NCBI RefSeq assembly: GCF_009914755.1
Contig: NC_060930.1
Length of the DNA: 64,000 nt
From: the human T2T-CHM13v2.0 reference genome, Homo sapiens
Reading direction: 5' to 3' (one strand)
The notes under the pieces were generated by a model that was not told the origin of the DNA, made no database searches, and saw only the letters and a list, made by a program, of their open reading frames with translations. A program made the position numbers and the translations under genes. Within the stretch, counting starts at the first letter, position 1; every line of letters starts with the position of its first letter. Shown piece after piece: positions 13,191 to 27,630 of the stretch.

Positions 13191-13409
13191 ATAGGTAGAT
13201 AGAAGATAGAGAATAGCTAAATAGATGAAAATAATACAAAGAGCATTAATTGCAAGGAAAACAATAATATCTGTTCACAGGAGAAAATAGAGTATTCTGT
13301 TCCTGAACTTTTTTTTTTATCTTCATACTAAATTATATGGGCTCATATATTTCATTTTAATTTTCTTCTATGTTATACAATTAAAAACAAAATAGTTTGT
13401 TCCTTTGTA

Positions 13410-13812
13410 TTATTATTATTATAGTAAGAACACAACACAAAATCTAGCCTCTTTACTAATTTTCTAGTGGATAGCACACAGTATTGTTAAATATTGGCAC
13501 AATATTGTAAAGCAGATCACTAGAATTTCTTCTTCTTGCGTAACTGAAATTTTATACTCAAACGGGTATAAATCACTTTTCTTCTCTCTGTTTTTATGAG
13601 TTTATATTTTAAGTAACAGTCATTCCTTATCACATAAGTGGAATCAAATAGTATTTGTCTTTTTGTGCCTGACTTGTTTCAGTCAGCATAATGTCCTCCA
13701 GGTTCACACATGTTGTCATATATGGCAGAATTTCCTTCTTTTTAAAGCTGAATAGTACGTTTTATTGTATGTATATACTACATTTCCTTTATCCACTCAT
13801 CTGTCAATGAAA
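13410..13812 (-). mobile_element. L1MA9/L1MB-like 3' end fragment
   Basis: CATAAGTGGAATC...TATTTGTCTTTTTGTGCCTGACTT...GCATAATGTCCTCCAGGTTCA...GCTGAATAGTA. Confidence 0.8.
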
Positions 13813-14516
13813 ATGTTTTATTCATTAATATATCTATTGTAAAATGATTAAAAATTACATACACATGCTGTTTTAAGATAAAGAATCTATTGAATCCATA
13901 AATTCATTTTACCTAAATTTGGAAACATCTGGATAACAAAGGAAACATACAGTACATATATCTTTGGAAAAATGAATGAAAATTTTATTATCGTTTATTA
14001 TTCCAGACAACTAAATTAAAAATTTGTGAATAAGGGCTTCAGAGGTAAAGTTTAGAGTATTAAAAGTTAAAGGTGATAGCCTGTGTAATAATAATTTTTG
14101 AAGTGTTGAGAGATTTCTTTATTATGAATGCAGTAAAAAAGGTACAAATATATTGGTAACAGAAAACATAAAAGGATTGTTGCAAGTTATAAATATATAT
14201 GCAAGTCCTCATATTGAACAAGAAAATGGGATTGGAATTCTTAAAGACATTTTTATTGTCTAATCTTAAAAGTTTCTTCCTGAGACCTTTTTAATTTAGG
14301 ATTTAATTTTGTTTTATATTAACATCCACAGCTCTTTCCTCTTCTATCATAACTTCTTTCAGAAAGAACTACTACTTAAACAGATTTTACTACACAGAAA
14401 TTTTATGTTTTAGCTGCACTTACAAACAAAAAGTAACATGCGTAATGTTTAACAAGTAAAATGGAGGACTAGAATTTCAACCAATTCAGAAGAATGCAAA
14501 ATTCTGTTTCTGCATT

Positions 14517-14700
14517 TGGGTGCCACTGTGTATCAGGCACTATGCCTGTTCTGGCAGACAAAGATGAGCCTGACTTTGAGGGGCTTATATTCTAGTTGGG
14601 AGATAGAAATATAAACAAATAATTATTATGCAAATAAGTGATATAGCAGTAGAAAAAGATTGTTACCACTGGAACAGGATAAAATGGCTATTGAGTGATC
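14517..14700 (-). mobile_element. L2 3' fragment
   Basis: GTGCCACTGTGTATCAGGCACTATGC...GCTTATATTCTAGTTGGGAGATAGA...AAACAAATAA, a degenerate L2 signature. Confidence 0.55.
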
Positions 14701-16837
14701 TCTAGAGGATTTTTTGATTTTCAGGACAATAGTGATTTTTACACTGGTTCGGGAATCACTAAGTAGAGAAGATGGAAACCACCCCAGGCAATGGAAAAAC
14801 TGGGTGAAAAGAAAATATCCAATGCACTGCAATATGCTTTAGCAAATTGTTCAGTGAAGCCACAGTGGTTATTCTCAAGTTTAATGGAGAGATTCTTTCC
14901 TGTATAAGTAAATTCAAAGCTGCCAGTAATTCATTTCAATTACACCTCTTACTCTAACTTTAGAAATTAATATCTAGCTGATATGACTGTCAAATTTAGT
15001 CATTATTTCTTATTACAAAAGATGTTGCTAATGGAATTGTTTTACACACGCAAATGTTGATGAGACAGAAAATTATATATATATATATTGTTAATCGTTC
15101 AGCAGGAGATATGATGACATACAAAATGTTTAGGTATATATGTGTGTAGTACTTATGTCTAAGTTCTAAAATAATCACTCCTGGTGTTGTAGAGTTAAAA
15201 TGCACAGGAAATGACAAGAGTTAGTAAACTTTGCAAGGGCCTTAAATGTTACTCCATTTTTTACATCTCTGTATCCTCGTCCCCTCATTCATGTCTTTTT
15301 ATTTTTTGCCATTCTCAATGCTTTCCATTTAGTATAATTTAAAGGTGCTAAAATGATAGTTTATGTGTTATCTTTCATCACCTGGACACTTAAACCCCAA
15401 GTGGCTCACTCTTTGGACTTCACTCCTTTAGAGATTTATTCCCCTCCTACCCTTTGACATAATTGTCATATTTGGCAATTTATTTAACACTCGCAGCAAA
15501 GATAGTTACTCTTTTGATTTTATAGCGATAAAATTGAGATAACAGAGAATCTATGTTAACTATGCTGATTGCTGTGATTTTGACATATAACATTAAGCCT
15601 TTGAATGGAATTACATCTAGTATAATTAACAGTAATTAAGAATTAAGTATAGTACAGTTTTATGCCATAGTGAGTTTTGATGACATTAAAAAGTCCATTT
15701 AATAACGTGAATTAGAAAGCTTCGATTTTGCCCAAGTATTAAATGTATAAAGAAAATATTATATGGTAGAGGGATAAAAAATATTTTGCAGTAAATACAA
15801 CAGACCACAAAATAATGATATGGTTCGTATTTAATAAAGTATGGTGGGGAGTCAAACATTTTCATTATTACATACAGGTAGCTAAAATATGTCAAAATGT
15901 CAGGGCCATAAGAGACTTTTATGTTACTTTACCTGAACCCCGCATTGAGGGTGGACTCTATACATCTGCACATATACTCACAGCTGTGGTAAATAGTTAT
16001 CTAGCAAATTTCCAGATAATTTTTTAATGAATATCACTACTTCCTAAGGTCATCTCAGTTATTTGTTGCACAGATTTAATTATCAGACATTAGAAATGGT
16101 ACATATTTGAAAGAGAGCATAATCTTTTCTTCAAAGCTCTGGCATTATAGCAAAGGTCTTCATTCTTTTTAGTGTTAGCACATAATTTTTTTATGAATAT
16201 CATAGTTCAATATATGTTAAGGAGAATATTTTGTAGACAGAAAATGAAGTCAACTATGAAATAAGCTTAAGAACTGAAATAAAAATGACATGGATAGGTA
16301 AGAAAATGATTTTAAAAAAGTTATCAGTGAAGAAAAGTAGTCATATGACAAGTATGAAAGCAGAAAATATGAAGAGGATTAAGAGGATTACTAAATGAAG
16401 CTGAGTTTATAAAAAGCTAAAGTGACAACAAGCCAAAAATTGGTAAAGAATGCTACAATTCATGTAAGGATCAGTAGTGTTCTACTATATTCAGCTTGTG
16501 TCTACCCATAGCTACTAGCTCAATTTTAACTGTAAATAGTTAATTCACGTATGATTATTTTGTTATAAACTCAAACTTTCTATGATTTTCATCAAATGCA
16601 GGAATAATGATATCTATTTCAATTATCTTTATATACTGCTAAAAATCTTGGGTCATGATTCAACCTTCACTTAATTATAGTTTAGGTGATAAGATTATAT
16701 CAACATTTAGTTGGGTTTTAATCTTAGAGTTCTATCTCTATATATAATAGCGTAGTATGGCAGGTCATTCAAGTTAAGTTAATTTCTGCTTTGATAGTCA
16801 AGTAGGTAATTATCAGCACTTGTAAAACATTCTAGAT

Positions 16838-19800
16838 ATTTTAGCCTCCACTTATGAGTGAGAATATGAGGTATTAGTCTTTCTTTGCCTGGCTTATCTT
16901 AACATAATGTCCTTCAATTCCATCCATGTTGCTGGGAATGACATGATTTTATTTGTTATGGTCAAATAGTATTACACACACCATACATATGTGTGTGTAT
17001 ATATGTGTGTGTGTATATGTATACACACACCCATATACACACACACTATACACTGTACATATATATTCACATATACACATATATTTTCTTTATCCATTTT
17101 TCTATTATATACACATACACAAACAACGTTTTCTTTATCAGTTTATCTGTTGATGGACACTTGGGTTGATTGCATTATCTTTGCTATTGTGAATAGTGCT
17201 GCAATAAACATATGAGCACAGGTATTATTTTTATATATTTATTTTGGATAGATACCCAGTAGTGAGATTGCTGGGGATCAAATGGTAGTTCTAGTTTTAG
17301 TTTTTTGGAAAATCTTCATACTTTTTTTCAAAATGGTTACACATTGCCCCCAACAGTGTGTAAGATTTCTCTTTTCTCTGCATCCTAACCAGCATCTGTT
17401 TTTTTTAATATATATTTACAAATAGCTATTCTGATTGGGGAGAAATTATATTTTATTAGTTTTATTAAATTTGCATTTCCGCAGTGATTAGTGGTGTTGA
17501 GAAAACCTTCATATACACATATTGGCCATTTGTAAGTATTCTTTTCAGAAATGTCTACTCATGCTATTTGCCCATTTATTAATGGAATTATTTGTCTTTT
17601 TTGTTGTTTAGTTGTTTGAGATCCTTGTAAATTCAGCATGTTAGTCCTCTGTCAGATAAGCAATTTGCAAATAGTTTCTCTCATTCAAGAGGTAGTCATT
17701 TCACTCTGTTGATTGTTTCTTCTGCTGTGCAGACTTTTTTAGCTTAATATGGTCCCATTTATCTATTGCCTGTGGTTTTGAGGTCGTAGACAAAAAATCT
17801 TCACCTAGACAAATGTCGTGAAGAATTTGTGCTACTTTTTTTTCTTGTAGTTTTACAGGTTGGGTATTACCTTTAAGTCTTTATTACATATTGAATTGAT
17901 TTGTTGTATATAGTGAGAGATAAGCATCCAGTTTTATTTTTCTGCATATGGTTATCCAATTTTCCCAAAACCATTTATTGAATAGGGTGTCCACCAATGT
18001 ATGTTATTGATGACTTTGTTGAAGTTCAGTTTTCTGTAAACATGTGGATTTATTTCTGTGTTTTCTATTCTGTTCTTTTGGTCTATGTGTCTACTTTTAT
18101 GCCAGTACCATGCTTTTTACATTACTGTAGCCCTGTAATACGTTTTAAGTCAGGTTGTGTGATGACTCCTTTTGTTCTTTCTGCTCAAGTTTGCTTTGGC
18201 TATTCAGACTCTTTTTTGGTCCCATATGAATTTTAGAATGGCTTTTTCTATTTCTATAAAAATGACATTTTTATTTTGATAGGGATTGCTTTAAATTTAT
18301 TAATTTTAGCGGGGCATTGTGTCATCTTAAGATTATCATGTTCTCCAATTCATGAGCATGGAATGTCTTTCTATTTGTGCCTTCTTCAATTTCTTTTGCC
18401 AGTGTTTTGTAGTTTTCCTCATAGAGAGCTTTCACCTCTTTGGATACATTTATTCCTAGGTATTTTACTTTTGTAGTGATTGTAAATGGAATTGTCTTCT
18501 TGATTTCTTTTTTGGCTACTTTATTACTGGTGTATTGAAATGTTACTGATTTTTGTGTTTTGGATTTGTGTCTTAAAATTTTACCAAATTTGTTTTTCTG
18601 TTCTAAGAGTTTTTTGGTGGAGTATTTTTTTTTTTTTTTTAAGATAGAAGACATAGTGTTTGCAAAGAAAGAAAATTTGGCTTCCTCTTTTCCAAATCAG
18701 ATGGCTTTTATTTCTTTCTCTTGCCTGATTGCTCTGGTTAGGACTTCCCCTACTATGTTAAATAGGAGTGGTGATAATGGACATCCTTGTCTTCTTCCTG
18801 TTCTTAGAAAAAAGGCTTTCAGATTTTTCTCCATTCAGAATGATTTTAGCTATAGGTTTGTCATGTATGGATTTATTATTTTGAGGTATGTTCCTTCTAT
18901 GACTACTTTCTTGAGAGTTTTTATCATGAATGATTGTTAAATTTGTTAAATTATTTTTCTGTATATATTGATTAACATATGCTTTTTGTCCTTCATTATA
19001 TTGATGCAGTGTATCATGTCTATTGATAATTTGCATATATTGTACCATCCTTGAATCATTAGGCTAAATCCCTCTTGATAGCGGTATATTATTTTTTATG
19101 TGCTATTGGATTCAGTGTTGTTGAATATTTTTGTGGCTATGTTTATCTGATATTTTATCTGATAAAACTCTGTGGCAATCTTTTGTATTTCTGTATATCA
19201 GTTGTAAAGTCTCCTTTTTCACTTTTTTTCTTCTTTAATCCAGTTAGCCATTTATGAATTATATTTATCTTTTCAAAGAAACAACTTTATATTTGATAGA
19301 TCCTTTGTGGGTTTTTAAGCCTCTATTTCATTTAGTTCTGTCCTGATCTTTATTATTTCTCTTTTTTTCTGCTAATTTGGGGTTTCGTCTGTTCTTGCTT
19401 TTCTAGTTCCTTGACGTAGATCATTACATTATTTATATTAATTGTTTTTAGTTTTTGATGTAAGCATTTATTGCTATGAACTTCCCCCTTAGCAGTATTT
19501 TTTCTGTGTCCCACAGATTTTGGTATGTTGTATTTTCATTTTCATTTGTTTCAAGAAACTTTTTTATTTGCATCTTAAATTTATTTATTAACTCAATGGG
19601 CTTTCAGGAGCATGTTGTTTAATTTCTGTGTATTTGTATTGTTTCCAAAATTCCTCTTGGTATTGATTTCTAATTTTATCCCATTGTAATCTGGAAAGAT
19701 ATGTGATGAGATTTTGATTTCTTAAAATTTCTTGAGACTTGTTTTATGACCCTAAAGTATGCTCAATCTTGGAGAATGTTTCATGTGCCAACGAGAAAAA

Positions 19801-22800
19801 AAAATGTATTCTGCAGCTGGATAAAATGTTCTGTAAATGTCTGTCATGTCCATTTGGTTTAAAGTCCAGTATAAGTACAATGCTTCTTTGCAGATTTCCT
19901 GCCTTAGTGATCAGTCTGATGCTGAGAGTGGGTGTTGTGAGAGTCCCCCATTATAACCATATTGTGATATGTAATCTAAATAATAATTAGTTTTTCTTTA
20001 GATATAATAATATTGGCTTTATGAATCTGGGCACTCCAGAGTTGGAAACCTATCTATTTAGAATTGTTATATCCTCTTGCTGATTTCTTTATCATTATAT
20101 AATGACTATCTTTATCTTCTTTTTTCCATTAAAGTCTGTTTTTATCTGATACAGGTATTGTTACTCCTGCTCACTTTTGGTTTCCATTTGCATAGAATAT
20201 CATTTTCCATCCCTTTACTTTCGATCTAGTTATATCTTTTCAGAAGAAGTGTATTTATTGTAGGTAGCATATTGTTGGATCATATTTTTAAATCCATTCA
20301 GTGAGTTTATATTTTAAGCCACTTACATTCAAGGTCATTATTGATATTTAAGGTTTTGTTCTCTTCATGTTGTTTTCTGGCTGGTGTGCATATTCTTTCC
20401 TTCTTTCTTTTTCTTATTGACTCTCCTTGTGGTTTGCTGATTTTCTGTGGTGGTACCATTTGAGTCTTTTCTTCATTTGTGTGTTTGAAATACCAGTGAG
20501 TTTTATTTTGTGTGTGTGTTTTCTTGGTAAATGTCATCCTTTTGCTTCTAGGTTTAGAGCTCCCTTAAGCATTTCTTGTAAAACCAGAATTCCCCTATCA
20601 TTTGCTTGTCTGAGAAAGACTAAATTTTGCCCTCCTTTATGAAGGATAATTTTGCTGAAGATGGTGTTCTTGACTGGATTTTTTTTCTATCTGCATTTTG
20701 AATATATCATCCCATTTTATCCTGGCCTGTAAGGTTTCTGCTAAGAAGTCTGCTGTTCGGGGCTCTTATGGTGACAAGATGTTTTTCTCTTGCTGCTTTT
20801 AGAATTTTCTCCTTATCAGTGACTTTAGATATTTTCACTATAATATTTCCTGAAGAAGGCCTTTTGGCATTGCATCTGTTTGAGTATTGTCGGGCCCCGT
20901 ATCTGAATGTCTAAATCTCTTGCTAGGCTTGGAAAAATTTTATCTATTATTTAATTAAATAAATTTTGAAAACTTTTCATTGAATAGATTTTGAACCTAT
21001 ATCATTAAATGGAGTTTGAAAATTCTTTGCCTACAGACCTATTTTGTATTTTATTCATGGAGTTCTTCAACTCCAGAATTTCTGTTTGGTTCTTTTTTTT
21101 TATGATATCTATCTCTTTGCTAAATTTCTCATTTATATCCTTATGTGATTTTCTGATTTTTGTATTTTTTAGTACTCTGGGATTTCATGAATTTCTTTGA
21201 GATTAGGATCTGTTGCTAGAGAATTATTTTGTTCATTTGGAGGTGTCATATTTCCTTGCTTTATTTATGCCTCCTGTGTCTTCATGTTGATATCTGCACA
21301 TCTGGTGTAATAGTCACTTCTTTTAATTTTTGAATTTACTTTCATAGAGGAAGACTTTTTTCATGAGGATATATTAATAATATTCGTTGAGTGGGGCCCT
21401 TTGGCTTTCCTTCTGAGTGTGTTCAGTAGTGCAGCCTATGTATGATTTATTCAACTGTCAACAGCATAAGTAGTATATGCAATTTCCTTGGTGGTTTAGG
21501 GTTTGGTTATTAGCAGAGGCTATGATGAAGTTTTGCTTGGAAAATGGATCCCTGGTTGGCCAGTTTTGGGGCACCAGTGGTGGCACCAATGGACTTAGTG
21601 TGCCTGTTCTTGGGCCCCAGGGTGGTTTATGCTGGCACTGGTGTTAACAGGATTCAGTGGGCAAATTCTTGGGACTCTGGATTGCCTCATGGGATGCTGG
21701 TAATGGCAGTGTTGGGACAGGCAGAGCGGGTTCTTGGGTCCCTAGGCAGCTGGTGTAATGTGGGCAATGGGAGTTGTAGTGGTGAGATGAGCCTTTGGAT
21801 CCTGAGTCATGTATGCTACTGTCTGCAGTAGCATTGCAGGGTGTTGTCACTCACATCCCCATAAACACAGTTTTCAGACTTGTCTGCTCTTGATGGCAGT
21901 AGCACTATGGCACTGCACAGATAGAGGAGGGACCCCACTGTTCACACACAAGCCAAGCATAAGGATCACACCACCAGTGAAGGCATAGTCACCACTTACA
22001 GCCCCAGACAGCCCTCTAGCTCATCCACCTCAGCCTTTGTCAGCAGCAGCAGAAACTATGCCTGCAGTGGTGTGCAAATGTGCAGAAGAAGTCCCGTTCT
22101 CTTCACGTGAGTCTGAGCCCAGAGGCTGCTATGCCCATGCGAGGGGATCTCACTCTCTGCTTGTGAGGCTTAGCACAGAGTTTGTGTTGCTGCTGAGCAT
22201 GGGACCACTTCTCACAGACCCCGACAGGGAGCACTCAGGCTCTGGGAAGCATATGTTTTAGTTTTCATTGTCTCAGTTTCCAGATTTTTTAATACATTGT
22301 GTTGTCCTTTCCCCAGAGAGTAGTACTCTCTGTGGGCTAGAGTACTGGGGACCCCACAGCACCTTTTGTCCAGCCAGTGCTGTGCCACTGTAGCCCTCTA
22401 TGTAGACACTAGGGGTTGTTAGTGAGGAATTTTGGGATGTGGAGATATGGAAGCTGTGGTTTCCAGGTCAGGATGCAGCCCCATTATGGCTATACTCTCA
22501 CAATGGTGCTTTATTTCAGATGCTTAGGTCTTGGGAGTGTAAATGCCCTAGCACGTGTTGCCTGTCTGGTACAATACTCTCTTGGGAATTTCAAATCACT
22601 ACCCATGCTAGTGTCAGGGACTGTGTGGGCAGTGGAGCTCTCTCATGGTTCTGATTACAGCAGCCCAGAGCAGGGAAGTGGAACACTGAAGTTCTCTCGC
22701 TTACCCTTTCCCCGTAATAGTGAATCCCTCAAGGCTCTCAGACTATCGTGGGTGAGTTGACCATTTATTTCCTTCTCTTTCTATGCCTCAGTGTATCCCC

Positions 22801-22938
22801 ATAACTTCTCTGTTTCACTCTAGTGTTCTCTCCTAGTGTTCTCTCCTAGTTTGAGGAATAATTATCTATTTGTAATTTGGGTTTTTCTTTCTGGAGAGGA
22901 TGACTGTTCAATTTCTCTAGGCAGCCATCTGGAGCCAG
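16838..22938 (-). mobile_element. Near-full-length decayed L1MA-class LINE-1 (3' region, ORF2, ORF1, 5' UTR) with internal deletions
   Basis: Minus ORFs 18322-18654 (KKLLE..KF.K...PFTIT..KYLGINVSKEVKALYEENYKTL) and 18758-19048 ([15 protein letters not shown]) are L1 ORF2 reverse-transcriptase remnants; the 5' end carries the YY1-type AGATGGCTG motif (CAGCCATCT at 22922-22930). Confidence 0.88.
16972..17122. repeat. (TG)/(TA)/(CA) mixed microsatellite expanded inside the L1 3' region
   Basis: Alternating purine-pyrimidine tract; TTTTCTTTATC is duplicated at 17083 and 17129. Confidence 0.85.
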
Positions 22939-23097
22939 GATCTAGTTTTCTATTTATGTATATCATATTATTTAAAATAAAATCACAATCACATTTTTAG
23001 TATTATACTACAACACAACTGCAGCTGTGATACATATTCATATTTTATAAAAGTGTTATATTATTGTACATTTATTTCACGTTTGTAATTTAATAAA

Positions 23098-23345
23098 ATT
23101 TATTTTGTAATAATTTCGCATTTTTTCAGATATCATAGATATAACGTAGAGGTTCTTGCATACTCTTCAACCAGCTTCCCCTAATGTTAATATTTAATGG
23201 TTCATTTGTCAAATCTTAGAAATTAACATTAGTCTAACATGATTAATTAAACTAGAGACTGCAAATTTCACTACCGTTTCCATTAATGCTATTTTTCTGT
23301 CCTGGAATGTATTCTAGGATACCACATTGTGTTAGATACATTAGG
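23098..23345 (-). mobile_element. L1MC-like 3' end fragment
   Basis: CCAGCTTCCCCTAATGTTAA...TTTGTCAAA...AAATTAACATT...GGATACCACATTG. Confidence 0.6.
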
Positions 23346-23879
23346 ATGTCAAGTTCCTTTTAGTTTTTATGAAGTTCTAGTCAAATTTTACGGTCTGAGT
23401 TTATGAACTAAACCTTCTCTAGGCCACGTTAAATTTTGTATTTGTTCCATAGTGCTTGAAAGTCCTATGAACTTTACTCATGTTTGAAGCTCCTGATAAG
23501 TGATAAATATGATTTTTCTATGCCATTGATATAAACATATTTAATATATATTTTTTAGATAATATGCCTGTAGTTTTCCCATTGAGTTTTTTATTTTTAA
23601 AACTGCTTTATGTAAGAATACACTGAGGTAATTGAAGTCAAAGATTGTTCAATTTATATGAGATTATTTTCCCTTTTCTCTGGACATTTAAGAGTTCTCT
23701 GGGGAGAAATAATTTAATTCGGTGATATTAAATAGCTTTAATGACATAGGAAAAAACAGTCTTCCCTGTTCACAATTTGTAAACCCCTCACCTACCTCCA
23801 CGTTCCCCTATCATCTCAGACAAGCTTTTCTCATATTCTTGTTTGCTGTTTTTGGAATCAGTGTTGATACATTCGTTGA

Positions 23880-24600
23880 AATACAAACACATTCAGTCAT
23901 TCCAATTATCCTTGATTCCTTTTTCCAACATTGGTCTTTGCTTCATATCTGTAGTTAGTTATTTGTGATTCTAGTTCAAAGTCTTATATCCATCTAAACA
24001 TTTATCTCCTATATTACTTATCGTGCCTCAGTTCAGGCCCTCCTTGCAACTTACCTCAATGAGCTTAACAAACTTCTGCTCTGATTTTCTGACATTAAAT
24101 CCTTTAGCTCCTAATTTTATAATTTTTAGAGTGAAGAAGATGAAGCAATGTGAAAAGAGTGTGAAATAGGGTTGATATTTCATTTGAGACAATCAATAAA
24201 GACTTCTCTGATGAGATAATATTTTAAAAAATCTGAAAGAACAGAAATAAAATCTCTATATTCATATGGAAAAATGAATTCTAGGTATAAAGTTTAGCAT
24301 TCTACAACAACCTCAGAGACTTACTGGGCATTTAAAGAAATCACAAATGTCTGTGTGACTAAAAACAAATGAACATGAAGAGTATTAGAAAATTGAACTA
24401 AGAGGGTGGGGAGTAGTGCATGGAAGCAACAAGTTACCAAAATACTGAAGGAGAAGGTAAGAGTTTGAAGTTTTGCTTTGAGTGATATTGGAAGCCATAA
24501 TAAAGATTTGGGTATAAAATGACATGTTATATATCAGTACAATCACTATGGCTCTTATTTATACTGCAGGCAGATGTGAGTGGAAGTAGGGAGATTAAAC
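23880..24600. mobile_element. Two adjacent L2 fragments in opposite orientation (+ about 23880-24120, - about 24130-24600)
   Basis: ATCCTTGATTCCT...GTTCAGGCCCTCC on plus; GACTTCTCTGATGAGATAATATTT...GGAAGCCAT...ATCACTATGGCT on minus. Confidence 0.5.
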
Positions 24601-25479
24601 TGAATAAATTATGGGAAATTTTCTGATTTTATTTCTCTAAATATACAATGTTTTTGCTTGGAAAATAACATTTGTGTGAGATCTTGATAATCATCTTACT
24701 AACCTTTACATGAGTGAAGTTTTCAGGGGAGAATGGCTATAGATATGTCTGAGAATAGTTAAAATAATACTTAGAATATGGTATGTCAAAGGATAAGATG
24801 TGAATAAATCCCCAATGGAGTTAAGTCCAAAGACTGAGCCATTTCAGGTGAAAGTGTCCAGGTGATGAAAGATAAGTTAGAAATATTGCTGTTGCTGTGG
24901 TGACTGTTGTAAGCACAATGGTGGGCTGATGGGATTAGCATTGTTGGCACTTAATGCAAATTGTGATTTTGAACTTGCAAGTAGTAGTGAGGCAAAATGG
25001 ATTACAGAATGGTCTTACCAGAAACATAGAGTTTGAAAAATTCCTCTGGGAGTTTGCTAAAGGCCATGTAGAGGTCAGTGGTAAGTTTGCCTTGCTAGAA
25101 CATGAAGGCTTTTGTGGGTCATTCCAATAGAACTCCAAGAGCAATGACAAGACTGGTTAAATAGCTGGCTTAGGGTTCTCTGAGCCTCCCTAACCTGGTA
25201 CTTCCTATTCAGTTTACTTTCTAGGCTCTATTTTGTATTTTTCTTTTTCTAGTCCCAGCAGTTCCTTAAAGTTCTGTTTTATTGTCATATTCTCAACACT
25301 ATCTTTACGATACTATATTTGTTTCCTTGGCCTCATCTGTCACCTCTATGTTTAGAACACTCGCCCTGTGTCTTTAAATTTTTTTATTAATTTGATCTGA
25401 TGTCTTAATGGTGATGACACACAATGCTGCAAAGTAAGTGTGTTTAAAAATAAACTCCTTCCTGAAAACTCATAAATAA

Positions 25480-26200
25480 AAGACAGAAAATAGCTGATGG
25501 AAATGAACAAAACATTTAAACATACATACAATGATAAAGGTCAATAAATATGTAAAAAAATTCAAAACTTTATTTTTCCAAAAAATTCAAATTAACACCA
25601 CATTTGGAAAAATTCTACAAGTGTATCAGAATAACAAAAATGGAAAAAATAGAAAATTCCAAATATAAGTAAGAAAACAAAGCAATTGGTACTCTCATGA
25701 AGTGCTGGGAGCAGTTTGAATGGCACAACTGTACTTGGGAACTGTTTATTAATATTCTCAGAAGATGACTATATGCTGTCTTCTAACCTAGAAATTTTAC
25801 TCTTTGGTATATATCCAATGGAAATATGGCATATATTCCCAGAAAGTATTGAAATGCATATTTAAACATTTGAAATAGCTCTGAAATGGAAAATTATCAA
25901 ATGTCCATGAAGATAAAAATGAATAATTAAATTAGGAAATATTTTTATGATAGATTACTGTATAGCAACTATAACTATATACAACAACTTGGGAGACTTT
26001 CATAAGAAAACTTGAATTAAAAAAATCAGATATAAAAAGATGCACTTGTCATATGGTTTCAATGCTATACAGCACAAAACAGCTAAAATTAGTATATAAT
26101 TTTAAAGTCAAGATAGTAGTTACTGTCTGGGAGTCATTATTAGAAAGGGGCATGATTAGTTTTTGGGGTGCTTGTAATATTCTGTTCCTTGACAAAATGT
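25480..26200 (+). mobile_element. L1ME-class 3' region
   Basis: CAATTGGTACTCTCATGAAGTGCTGGGAG...AATGGCACAAC...GGTATATATCCAATGGAAAT...CAAATGTCCAT...TATTCTGTTCCTTGA. Confidence 0.7.
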
Positions 26201-27039
26201 AGCTGGAATAAGATCTTGGTTTTCTAATAATGGTGTATATTTACCAGTGTTCCACAATGTTTTTGTGTGTGTTATCAGCTACATTTTAGATTAGGCTTAA
26301 AAACAAGCTTCAAGGACAGGATTACAAAAAACAACTCTGAACACAGAAGAACATCATTAAAAGAGAAGTACAAAAGACTAGAATCTTTTGAGTAAAATAA
26401 AAACTGTGTAACAAATGAATTCTTCACAAAAAAATTTATACACCAAAACAGATTAGGTCCATCAAACCTGGCAACTGCTGAAAATGAACAAAAGCCTTAA
26501 TTTTTAAATACTCAAATAAGCTAGGGTTTCAGCAGCCTCAAAAGTAAAGGAAATCTCAAAGCAAAAAATATGTATGGTTTATCTTTGAAAGTAATCTATT
26601 TATATGCTGAATAAATTATAGTTAAACCTGTTTGCCTAGAAAACCAATGAAAGCTCTGCAGATGTAGTTTCCTTTTGGCATGAAGTGCCTTTGAAGTTAA
26701 CCATAGTTTAACATGCTGAGTGTGAAATAAACATCAGGGTAATGCAGGCTCATTACAGATACAAAATCTAAAAATAAGCTTACAAAAATGAGAGAAAAAG
26801 GCTTTTTCCTAAATATATGAGTATATATAATAAAACTCATTGGAAAACCTCAATATCTGTAGACTGCTTAGGCATGTTCAAAGGATGGCATACATAATGT
26901 GAGTATGAGAACTGTGGTTTTCTAAAATTTACATGGGCCTGGAGCTAAGCTTTTGTATAGCTTCTTGTTTTATTCTTCACTTGTTCCCTTGTCATTTTTA
27001 ATCAGTGTCATGGATTTTCAGACTATCCATACACCAATA

Positions 27040-27275
27040 AATGCTCAAATGTGTGCTTAAATGTAGGTATCTCCAAATTAACATGGCCCACTGCTTTCTC
27101 AGCATAACTACCTGGGAATCTAACAGGCATCTCAATCTCATTGCATAAAAAACAAACACCTGTTCATCCTCCCCACCTTCATACTCATCTAAGAAAAATA
27201 ATCTTAAATTTTTACTTCTTCAGGTTAAATGGCTTTGTGTCAACGCTGATATTTCTCTCATACCACATATTCAGT
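27040..27275 (+). mobile_element. L2 fragment
   Basis: ATCTCCAAATTAACATG...TCTAACAGGCATCTCAA. Confidence 0.5.
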
Positions 27276-27630
27276 GTGACAGAGTGACAGAGCCTTTGAC
27301 ATTTTAACTCACTCCACTTGTCGGTGAGGATTGAACTCTTTGATGAGGGATAGCCAAAATTTCATCAGATCCAAATTATTATACTTTCACCTAAATTCCC
27401 ATACTATCATTTATTATCTAATTTAGTATATTTTCTTCTATTAACTCTAAGTTTTAAATTGATTGGCATTCCTCTTCTAAGAGCCAAGCACCCTGCCAAC
27501 GTCCCAAATGAGAATCTGCATTTAATAATGTAGTTCACAATTGGTACTGAAGGAACTTGCTAAGCATAATTTCATGGTTTAGTAACAAGGAGGTTCTAAT
27601 ATTTTAAAAACCCTTTGCATATTCGATAAT

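Noticed and set aside
22820-22849. 13-bp tandem duplication CTAGTGTTCTCTC in the L1 5' UTR
   Set aside because: An ordinary slippage duplication.
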